A DNA stretch of 36,291 nt, taken from the NCBI GenBank assembly GCA_003557545.1, contig PWOD01000238.1, positions 1-36,291 on the forward strand, written 5' to 3'. This stretch comes from a bacterium (GTDB lineage: Bacteria > T1Sed10-126). Below, one piece after another: positions 28,411-36,291 of the stretch. A program made the translations under genes and the position numbers. Below the pieces are notes generated by a model, which was not told the DNA's origin, searched no databases, and worked only from the letters and a program-made list of their open reading frames with translations. The stretch's first letter is position 1, and each line of letters begins with the position of its first letter.

Positions 28411-29234
28411 GACTCCCACAAGCACTGATAAATGGTTATAAAAAGAAGAGGCTGGCCCATGCTTACTTATTTTATGGTCTATCAGCCGAAGAATATCTTG
28501 AACCAGTGCGGAAATTCTTTCAACTGCTGGCCTGTGACTGCTCCGATGCGGCCTGCGAAAACTGTGTGGATTGTCAGCAGATTGAAAAAATGATTCATGC
28601 TGATCTAACTGTACTTAACGAAACAGATAATGAAATCCTTGTAGATGATATAAGGGAACAAATTATCCATAAGGCTCATCTAACCCCGGCCAGCGGCAAA
28701 CGTTTAATGTTCTGGATAAATGACATCAGCCGTTTAAAAGCGGAGTCATCAAACGCCCTGTTAAAAGTACTTGAAGAGCCACCTGGCGAGACAGTTTTTG
28801 TTCTGACCGCCCGCTCACGCTGGGACTGTTTGCCAACCATAAGATCACGCTGTCAATGGATTAGATTTGTCCCAGAAATAAACTTCCCCGACTCAATAGC
28901 CGCGGCGCTGGCAGGGTTCTGGGGCAGCGCGGCTCCCGACGATGAGGAACAGAATAACTGGAAAAAACTGCTGACCGCCGAACTTAGTTCAGACAGATTA
29001 AACTGGACAAAAGAGAATGGCCAGAAATTTTTGAGTTTTCTACTTGCATGGATCCACCAGGGTTATACAAATGACGAGCTGGAGGATGAGTTCAAGGAGA
29101 TATTTGAAAAACGAAGATTAGAACATCGCCTGGTCCCACTCCTTCTGGAGCGATTTCAGGAACTAAAACTATTCGGTAAACCGTTACTGGTGGTAAACTC
29201 TTTACTTGAAGAAATCTATTATCCAAAGGAGTAA
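28407..29234 (+). CDS. holB: DNA polymerase III subunit delta'
   Basis: AHAYLFYG, Zn cluster C..CxxCxxC, NALLKVLEEPP and LPTIRSRC. Confidence 0.92.
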   Translation: MRLPQALINGYKKKRLAHAYLFYGLSAEEYLEPVRKFFQLLACDCSDAACENCVDCQQIEKMIHADLTVLNETDNEILVDDIREQIIHKAHLTPASGKRLMFWINDISRLKAESSNALLKVLEEPPGETVFVLTARSRWDCLPTIRSRCQWIRFVPEINFPDSIAAALAGFWGSAAPDDEEQNNWKKLLTAELSSDRLNWTKENGQKFLSFLLAWIHQGYTNDELEDEFKEIFEKRRLEHRLVPLLLERFQELKLFGKPLLVVNSLLEEIYYPKE

Positions 29235-29239
29235 TACAG

Positions 29240-30754
29240 ATGGCTAAACGTTACCTGACAACACCGATTTACTATGTGAATGCTGAACCCCACATTGGAC
29301 ATGCGTACACAAACCTTGCGACCGACACTCTGGCTCGCTACTACCGGCTAAAGGGAGATGAGGTTTTTTTTCTGACCGGCACCGATGAGCATGGTGAAAA
29401 GGTAGAGCACACGGCCAAAGAGCAGGGGCAGGAACCACAGAATTTTGTCGACGGGGTAGTTAAGACCTTCCAGCAGCTGTGGGATGACCTGGAATTAACC
29501 CACAGTGATTTTATCCGAACAACCGATCAGCGGCACGTAAAAGCTGTTCAACAGATTTTTCAACAGCTATATGACCAGGGTGATATCTACCTCGACACCT
29601 ATGAAGGTCCCTATTGTATCCACTGTGAGGCTTACTGGACAGCAGGAAGGCTGGATGAGGAGGATAACTGTCCAGATTGCCACAGGGAAGTAAAATATAT
29701 CAGTGAAGAGAGCTATTTTTTTCGTCTGACTAAATATCTACCAGAACTCCAGAAATATCTGGAAGAAAACCCAGATTTTGTCCGGCCGGAAGGTCGTTAT
29801 AATGAGGTTCTCAAACTACTGGACCAGGGTGTTGAAGACCTGAGCATCAGCCGCACCAAGTTTTCCTGGGGAATTCCCGTTCCTTTCGACACTGAACATG
29901 TTGTTTACGTCTGGTTTGACGCACTGCTCAACTATCTCAGCGGTATCGGCTATCCCGGGGCAGAATTTAGCCAGTGGTGGCCACCAGAAATTCAGATTAT
30001 CGGCAAGGATATTTTACGGTTTCACGCGGTCTTCTGGCCCTGTATGCTAATGGCACTGGATCTAGATCTACCCCGACGAATTCATGCTCATGGCTGGTGG
30101 ACATTACGAGGCGATAAGATCTCTAAATCACTGGGGAACGTAGTTGACCCACGAGATCTGGCCGATCGCTATGGAAAAGACGCACTACGCTATTTTCTTT
30201 TAAAAAGAATCCCCTTCGGAGCTGACGGGACCCTGTCAGACCAGGATATTGTTGAAGTAATCAATGGAGATTTAGCTAACAACCTGGGAAATCTGGTGAA
30301 CCGTTCATTAACCATGGTAAAGAAATTCGCCGATGGTGTGATTCCACAACAGCCTGAGCAGGCAACAGATAACGACCTGTCAAACCTGGCCCAAAAAATC
30401 AGAGCTGAGTTTATCGATGAGATGGAAAATGCCAGCTTTGATCGAGCTTTAAAAGCAATCTTCCAACTGGTAGCTGAGACTAATCGCTGGCTCCAGGAAA
30501 AAGCTCCCTGGAAACTGAACCGGGAAACAGATGGTGAACAGCTGGATTTTATTCTCTACAATATCTGTGAGTCGATCAACGAGGTGGCTTACCTGATTGA
30601 ACCGGTAATGCCTGACAGTTCGGCACAGATCAGACAGCGGCTGGGGCTCACCGAAAAAAATAAAGCACCCCTCAACGAACGGAGCTGGGGTGAACTCCAG
30701 GGGGGTGAAAAGATAACGATTGGACAACCGCTGTTTCCCCGGATTGATCGATAA
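29240..30754 (+). CDS. metG: Methionine--tRNA ligase (short form, no C-terminal tRNA-binding domain)
   Basis: TTPIYYVN, HIGH, TGTDEHG, Zn knuckle, YVWFDAL, GKDILRFH and KISKS. Confidence 0.97.
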   Translation: MAKRYLTTPIYYVNAEPHIGHAYTNLATDTLARYYRLKGDEVFFLTGTDEHGEKVEHTAKEQGQEPQNFVDGVVKTFQQLWDDLELTHSDFIRTTDQRHVKAVQQIFQQLYDQGDIYLDTYEGPYCIHCEAYWTAGRLDEEDNCPDCHREVKYISEESYFFRLTKYLPELQKYLEENPDFVRPEGRYNEVLKLLDQGVEDLSISRTKFSWGIPVPFDTEHVVYVWFDALLNYLSGIGYPGAEFSQWWPPEIQIIGKDILRFHAVFWPCMLMALDLDLPRRIHAHGWWTLRGDKISKSLGNVVDPRDLADRYGKDALRYFLLKRIPFGADGTLSDQDIVEVINGDLANNLGNLVNRSLTMVKKFADGVIPQQPEQATDNDLSNLAQKIRAEFIDEMENASFDRALKAIFQLVAETNRWLQEKAPWKLNRETDGEQLDFILYNICESINEVAYLIEPVMPDSSAQIRQRLGLTEKNKAPLNERSWGELQGGEKITIGQPLFPRIDR

Positions 30755-31533
30755 TGATCGACACCCATGCCCACCTTTATGAAAAATATTACGGTGATTC
30801 ACTACCTCGAATAGTAAAAGAGCTGGCCTCAGATTTCTCCCTGCTGATAAATGTAGGGATCGATTTTAAAACAACTAAAGAGGCCCTGGCTCTGGCCAGA
30901 ACAGAGGATTATATGAAAGCAACGGCCGGAATCCATCCCCATTACGCCAAATCACTGGACCGATCCGACCTTAAAGAGTTGGAAAGATTGCTGCTGGATC
31001 CCGAGATTGTAGCGCTGGGAGAGATCGGACTCGATTACTACTATCAGAACAACTCACGGGAAATCCAGCAAAAGATGGCAGGCCAGCTGCTTGAGCTGGC
31101 AGAACAGACAAACAAACCGGTGATTTTACACGTACGTTGTTCTAAACAGAGCGAAACCGACGCGTTTGATGATATTTTCTCAGTACTTGACAGCCATAAC
31201 TACCGGCTTCCAGAGGTTATCTTTCACTGTTTTTCAGGAAACAAAAAAACTCTCGATAAAATTTTGTCACGAGGATTCTATATATCCTACGCCGGCAACC
31301 TCACCTATCCAGGGAGCAAATCACTACGCGAAGCAGCAAAGGCTACGCCAGCGGACCGATTACTGGTTGAAACTGATTGTCCCTACTTAACACCCCAGAA
31401 GAAACGCGGGGAACAAAACCGTCCAGAATATGTCAACTATACCTTTAATAAACTGGTTGAACTTCATGATATTAGCCCCACTAAACTATTAAACATAATG
31501 GAAGAAACCAGCAAAAAAATATTTAAGTTATGA
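30754..31533 (+). CDS. tatD: TatD-family hydrolase
   Basis: DTHAH, GIHPH, GEIGLDY, HCFSG and ETDCPYL. Confidence 0.95.
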   Translation: MIDTHAHLYEKYYGDSLPRIVKELASDFSLLINVGIDFKTTKEALALARTEDYMKATAGIHPHYAKSLDRSDLKELERLLLDPEIVALGEIGLDYYYQNNSREIQQKMAGQLLELAEQTNKPVILHVRCSKQSETDAFDDIFSVLDSHNYRLPEVIFHCFSGNKKTLDKILSRGFYISYAGNLTYPGSKSLREAAKATPADRLLVETDCPYLTPQKKRGEQNRPEYVNYTFNKLVELHDISPTKLLNIMEETSKKIFKL

Positions 31534-31699
31534 CCAAAGTCAGTTGCCTTTTTGTAAATCATTATTTACTTTTTGTGTTTTGGTTTTTGGGGATTTTTCT
31601 CACATGTTAAAAACTGACCAGGATGATTCTCTAAAAAAAGATCAATCAATAAGACAAAATCTAATTCAGCAGCAGAATATCAATCTCTATAATTAGACT

Positions 31700-31805
31700 C
31701 TGTCCATGCTTGGATTCAGGAGTAGTTGTACCCCCTACCGACGACAGCTTTGATCAGACAGGCTACAACCCGAAAAATTTCGCCATACTATCCAGATGAC
31801 GGCAG
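31700..31805 (+). ncRNA. Candidate structured non-coding RNA (unassigned)
   Basis: TTCAGC-N17-TATAAT (31665-31693) immediately upstream; GC-richer than its flanks; nested complementary stems. Confidence 0.4.
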
Positions 31806-31829
31806 TGAAAAAAAATTCAAAAAAGCTTC

Positions 31830-31858
31830 TTGACCGGTGACCGATAATCCGATATATT
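31830..31858 (+). promoter_or_regulatory. Probable dnaA promoter
   Basis: TTGACC-N17-TATATT preceded by an A-rich, UP-like tract. Confidence 0.6.
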
Positions 31859-31915
31859 TTTAACCGCTTTAAATGGCGTTGTTTTTAACAGGCAAATCTT
31901 TCGTTGTTGATTGAT

Positions 31916-32172
31916 TGTGGATAACTCAGGGAGTTAGAGGAATATTTTTACAAAATGTGATATTTTTCAATAATAAAATTTAGTGGCAATAGTGTTTTTC
32001 CAGGGATTTTAATAAGTTGTCGTAATTTAAGGCCTCATACGCAGTCAAATCCTACATTATCCTCCCCTGGTGATATTTCCACATTGTTGGTGTTAGTTTT
32101 CAATATGCAAAAAACTCATCTAACTTTCTGGTTTTTTAGCTGCAGGTCCTGTTGATAAGTTGTTGATAACTC
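31916..32172. promoter_or_regulatory. DnaA boxes upstream of dnaA (autoregulation or left half of a bipartite oriC)
   Basis: Perfect TGTGGATAA at 31916-31924; TGTTGATAA at 32150-32158 and 32161-32169. Confidence 0.75.
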
Positions 32173-32179
32173 AGGTGGA

Positions 32180-33598
32180 GTGATTAAGTTGGCCTTATCG
32201 GAAGAAGATAACAGCACTAAAACCTTTACTGATAGCGATCTGGCAATCTGGCAATCATTCATGGATAGTTTTAGAGAAAAAATCGGAACTCGACAGTTTC
32301 AAACCTTTGGAAGTTTCATGGAGCTAGCTGAGATTGCCAACCAGACTGTTATAATCGAGGTACCCCGTGACATAACACGTTCATGGTTGATTGAAAAACA
32401 TGGCGATAGCCTGGATAGCTGTTTTAAAGAGAACTTTCCGGAGCAGTACAATTACAAAATAAAAGTCAATACCAAAGCTCAAACAAAGCAGTTTGAAGAA
32501 GTTAAAGAACCGTCAGCATCTGTTAAAAATAATACGCAATCCGTAAAAAAGGTTTTCCCTTTTGCTAAAAAACGGGAACTGAACCCTGCTTACACTTTTG
32601 AAAATTTTATGGTTGGAACCTCCAATAACTTTGCTTACTCAGCAGCTCGGGCTGTTGCCGAAAAACCAGCCCAAAGTTATAACCCCTTATTTATCTATGG
32701 AGATGTCGGATTGGGAAAAACCCATCTATTGCAGGCCATAGGACACCGGGTCAGCGACCTCTGGCCCCAGGCTTCAATCAGATATGTATCAGCCGAAAAA
32801 TTCACAAACCAGATCATCCAGGCCATCCAAGAAGGAAAACGTAAGGATTTTAAATATCGTTATCGTAACACAGATCTTCTGCTGGTCGATGATATTCAGT
32901 TTTTCGCTCAGACAAAACAATCTCAACAGGAGTTTTTCCATACCTTTAACGAGCTCTACGAGAACGGCAAAGCGATTGCCTTCTGCAGCGATCGCCCTCC
33001 CCATGAAATTCCCTCAATTACCGAACGATTAAGAAATCGCTTCGAAATGGGTTTTATTGTGGATGTCCAACCCCCGGATTATGAGACCAGGATGGCCATT
33101 CTACAGAAAAAAGCGATTCAGGCGGGAATTACACTATCGGATGATATACTTAAAACTATTGCAGAAAATATCACTGATAACGTCCGGGCCCTGGAAGGTA
33201 GTCTTAATCAATTAACTATTATGAGCAGCTTTTCTAACGAAGAAATAACCCCCCGGACAATCAAGGCAAGACTGGCTAACTTTATGCAAACCGACAGACG
33301 GTTAAAAACCGAAGTAATTTCGTTAGACCGGGTGCAAAAAACCGTCGCCGAACATTTCAACATCTCAATCAGTGATTTAAAATCAAAGCGCCGAACTAAA
33401 GCTATCGCCTATCCACGTCAGATCGCCATGTATCTATCACGCGAGCTGACCGACTGTTCTTTCGCCGATATTGGTGAAGCTTTCGGAGGACGTGACCACT
33501 CCACAGTTATTCATGGTACCAATAAGATCGACGCACAACTGGCCGAGGAAGATATTAAGACTCGAACCCATATCGAGCGGATTAAATCTTTAATTTAA
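32180..33598 (+). CDS. dnaA: Chromosomal replication initiator DnaA
   Basis: YTFENF, NPLFIYGDVGLGKTHL, DDIQF, FFHTFN, RQIAMYL and GGRDHSTV; true start may be the TTG at 32189. Confidence 0.98.
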   Translation: MIKLALSEEDNSTKTFTDSDLAIWQSFMDSFREKIGTRQFQTFGSFMELAEIANQTVIIEVPRDITRSWLIEKHGDSLDSCFKENFPEQYNYKIKVNTKAQTKQFEEVKEPSASVKNNTQSVKKVFPFAKKRELNPAYTFENFMVGTSNNFAYSAARAVAEKPAQSYNPLFIYGDVGLGKTHLLQAIGHRVSDLWPQASIRYVSAEKFTNQIIQAIQEGKRKDFKYRYRNTDLLLVDDIQFFAQTKQSQQEFFHTFNELYENGKAIAFCSDRPPHEIPSITERLRNRFEMGFIVDVQPPDYETRMAILQKKAIQAGITLSDDILKTIAENITDNVRALEGSLNQLTIMSSFSNEEITPRTIKARLANFMQTDRRLKTEVISLDRVQKTVAEHFNISISDLKSKRRTKAIAYPRQIAMYLSRELTDCSFADIGEAFGGRDHSTVIHGTNKIDAQLAEEDIKTRTHIERIKSLI

Positions 33599-34010
33599 CC
33601 CCCCTTTTTCCAGGCAGATCAACTCTCAAATTTCAACAACTTAACAGAACTGATAATGTTATGCTGATAAACCGTTGATTACCTTGCAAATTTACCGTTA
33701 TAAATCTACAATTTAACCTTCGACGTAAATATTTTTATATTGATTGACTGATAATAAATAAAAAAGGTTTTCCAGCAATAATCGGATGATGATAAGTTGT
33801 TGATAACTCTGTTAGTAAACGTTGGAAAGCTTGTTGAAAAAGACACAATGAAGTTTTTGCCAACGATTGATTAACTTTTACTGTTTTTTTATCACCAACT
33901 TGTCAACAGATATTATAACCGTTATAACGTTATTTAGCAGGCTTTTCAACTAATCCACAAGTACTACTATTACTGCTTTTTATTTAACTATAAACAGCAA
34001 TTAGAAGAAA
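33599..34010. other. Replication origin oriC (unwinding region) between dnaA and dnaN
   Basis: AT-rich with several DnaA-box variants; TAATCCACA (33951-33959) is followed by DnaA-trio-like TACTACTATTACT and an AT-rich tract, as in Bacillus subtilis. Confidence 0.85.
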
Positions 34011-34023
34011 GGAAGGTAAAACA

Positions 34024-35166
34024 ATGAAATTTAAGACCACAAAAGAGACACTTTTAAAAGGATTACAAACAGTTGGAGGGGCAACATCAGCCACCAATAG
34101 TATTGTTGCTTTATCCCATGTTCTGCTCAAAGCTTCTGATAATCTTTTACAGCTGGCAACTACTGATCTGGAAATTTTATTAAAAACGGAAATAGAGGTA
34201 GAAACCCTGGAACAGGGTGGATGCTTACTTCCGGCACAAAAATTACAGTATTTAATTCAGACACTTCCCTCGGCTAAAACAAAGATAGAAATAACTCTGA
34301 AAGATCGAAAGGTTCAACTGCTTGTAGAAGAAACAAATTCAAACTTTCAATTACCTGTTCTATCGGAAAAGGAATTTCCTGATATGAAGGGTGAAGAACT
34401 GGAAACCAATCCCCAGAGAATTGAAATCAAATTAAATTCAACTGAACTTTTAAAGGTTTTGAAAAATACACAATTCGCCGCCTCCAATGACGCCGCAAGA
34501 AGCTATTTGGGCGGAGTATTATTGGATCTGGAAGAGGATAAATTTATTACCGTGGCCACCGATTCCCATCGTCTGGCAATGCATCAGTTAGGCCAGTGGG
34601 CAATTACCAACGGTGAAATAGGTAATGGACAATCTATATTGTTGCCGTTAAATGCTGTCCGTGAATTAATCAAAATATTGCCTGCCGAAACTACGGTTAA
34701 ACTAAGTACAGATGGTAATATGGCAATGATAGGCTTCGATGGAACTCGGATGGCAACCCGATTAATTGGAGATGAGTTTCCTAATTATCGGCAGGTTATT
34801 CCTAATCAGGAAGAGTATGAAAATCGGATTAAATTAAATCGCCAGCGACTGTTAAACTGTGTGAACAGGGCGACTTTATTAACCGATGAGCGTACTAAAA
34901 AGCTATTGTTTGAATTTACCCCTGATCTTTTAACAGTCAGGGTCGAAGAATCGGAAGAAGGAACCGGTGAAGAAAAAATCGTGGTAGAGAACTCCGGCAA
35001 TGAACTAACAATTGCTTTCAACGGTGATTATCTGGCTGAAATTTTGAAATATATTGAAGATGAGGAGATCTATTTAGATCTTATCTCTTCGGATAGTCCA
35101 GGAACCTTCAGAGCAACTGAAGAGGCCAACTACCTTTATCTTGTAATGCCAATGCGGCTTTCCTGA
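34024..35166 (+). CDS. dnaN: DNA polymerase III beta sliding clamp
   Basis: ATTDLE, VATDSHRL, FPNYRQVIP, IAFNGDYL and YLVMPMR. Confidence 0.97.
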   Translation: MKFKTTKETLLKGLQTVGGATSATNSIVALSHVLLKASDNLLQLATTDLEILLKTEIEVETLEQGGCLLPAQKLQYLIQTLPSAKTKIEITLKDRKVQLLVEETNSNFQLPVLSEKEFPDMKGEELETNPQRIEIKLNSTELLKVLKNTQFAASNDAARSYLGGVLLDLEEDKFITVATDSHRLAMHQLGQWAITNGEIGNGQSILLPLNAVRELIKILPAETTVKLSTDGNMAMIGFDGTRMATRLIGDEFPNYRQVIPNQEEYENRIKLNRQRLLNCVNRATLLTDERTKKLLFEFTPDLLTVRVEESEEGTGEEKIVVENSGNELTIAFNGDYLAEILKYIEDEEIYLDLISSDSPGTFRATEEANYLYLVMPMRLS

Positions 35167-35176
35167 AGCAATTGCA

Positions 35177-36256
35177 TTGATCTTAGAGAAAATCTATTTA
35201 GCAAACTTTCGTAATCATACCTATTTTGAGCTATCCTTTGATCCGCTGGTGACGGCGATTGTTGGAACAAACGGCACGGGTAAAAGTTCGTTAATTGAAG
35301 CCATAAGATATTTATCAACCGGTCGTAGTTATCGAGGTTGTTATGATAAAGAAATAGTAAATTGGAATCAGGATCAGTTCACCTTACGGGCTGAATTTAG
35401 TGGTTCGGAGTTAGAAAGTATCGGGATAAAATATAACCAACAGGCCGTGACTTCTTCAAAAAAAACAGTTTATCTTGATAACCGGCCCCTGCAGCGATTA
35501 TCGGAGTTGCAGGGAATATTTCCTACGGTTTTACATCATCCGGAACAGTTTGAAATATTACTCGGTGGTCCGGCGCAGCGTCGGGAACTGATTGATTTTC
35601 TGCTCTGTCAAACTGAAACGGATTATCTGGATAATCTTAAAATTTATCAGCGAGCGTTAAATCAGCGTAATTCATTGTTGAAAAAAGCCAGCGGTGATTC
35701 CTTGCTGTTTGATCAGTATGAGACACAGTTAGCTGGTTCTGCTGAAAAGATTCAAACAATTCGCTCGCAAATGTTACAAGAGCTTGAGCCGCTGCTGCAG
35801 GATGAAGTCGAAAGGTTGGGGAAAGATCTTTTAGAACCACTTCAATTGTCCTATAAGTCCGGTTTGTCAGAAGATAGGCCGGTGGCCGATCAGTTTAAAG
35901 CAGAACGAAGACGGGGGTTACAGCGGGGATATACAACGATTGGGATTCAACGGGATGACTGGCAACTGCTTAATCACCGGGGACAGAGATTTAAAGATTT
36001 TGCTTCAAGGGGGGAGTTAAAGGTGATTTTGCTGGCTTTGAAATTGGCGGAAATCAGGTATATGGGTGAGATAATTGGAAAGAATCCGTTATTTCTGGCA
36101 GATGATTTTATGGCTGAATTAGATAGATCTCGACAGCTTTACACCCTGGACCGGGTCAAACAGCTGGGAATACAGTTTGTTTTTAGCGCGGTCAATTATC
36201 GTCCTCTGGAACCGGTTGCCCGGGTTATACCGATAGGCGATCAAACAGATGACTGA
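35177..36256 (+). CDS. recF: DNA replication/repair protein RecF
   Basis: NFRN, GTNGTGKSSLIEAI, GPAQRR..D, QRNSLLK, SRGE and LADDFMAELD. Confidence 0.95.
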   Translation: MILEKIYLANFRNHTYFELSFDPLVTAIVGTNGTGKSSLIEAIRYLSTGRSYRGCYDKEIVNWNQDQFTLRAEFSGSELESIGIKYNQQAVTSSKKTVYLDNRPLQRLSELQGIFPTVLHHPEQFEILLGGPAQRRELIDFLLCQTETDYLDNLKIYQRALNQRNSLLKKASGDSLLFDQYETQLAGSAEKIQTIRSQMLQELEPLLQDEVERLGKDLLEPLQLSYKSGLSEDRPVADQFKAERRRGLQRGYTTIGIQRDDWQLLNHRGQRFKDFASRGELKVILLALKLAEIRYMGEIIGKNPLFLADDFMAELDRSRQLYTLDRVKQLGIQFVFSAVNYRPLEPVARVIPIGDQTDD

Positions 36257-36291
36257 GTCACTGGCAGAGATATTGCAGAAACTTTTTGCTA
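36249..36291 (+). CDS. Start of a probable DUF721/DciA protein (truncated by window edge)
   Basis: ATG overlapping the end of recF, reading MTESLAEILQKLFA; usual position after recF. Confidence 0.5.
   Translation, partial: MTESLAEILQKLFA

Noticed and set aside
28407-28520. holB lacks a Walker A motif
   Set aside because: Delta' is normally an inactive AAA+ subunit.

Overview
Bacterial chromosomal window ending at the replication origin. It is probably from a diderm anaerobe (2-oxoacid:ferredoxin oxidoreductase, OmpA-like protein) with Firmicutes-like housekeeping gene order. Left part (1-12 kb): korA/korB, a hybrid histidine kinase, tRNA-Leu, then an accessory-looking stretch (ogt, a BspA-type LRR protein with a T9SS-like C-terminal domain, YfcE, a frameshifted YheT, an OmpA-family protein, a DEDD-like exonuclease). 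Middle (12-21 kb): an ATP-cone/uridine-kinase-like protein, a GGDEF-EAL protein, hypothetical proteins, a carboxyltransferase-like and a glycerol-kinase-like protein, and a nicotinamidase. Several of these have intact ORFs but have lost catalytic motifs. Right part (21-36 kb): two tRNA-Ser, tsaE-tsaB-rimI-uvrC, tRNA-Gln, M23 peptidase plus bactofilin, tmk-yaaR-holB-metG-tatD, dnaA-oriC-dnaN-recF and the start of a likely DciA. The best leads are the cluster of apparent pseudo-enzymes, an ATP cone split by a ~110-aa insertion, a structured ~106-nt RNA candidate with its own promoter upstream of dnaA, and a long imperfect palindrome at ~12.2 kb. No CRISPR array, integrase or transposase was seen. 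All calls come from reading motifs by eye; no searches were run.
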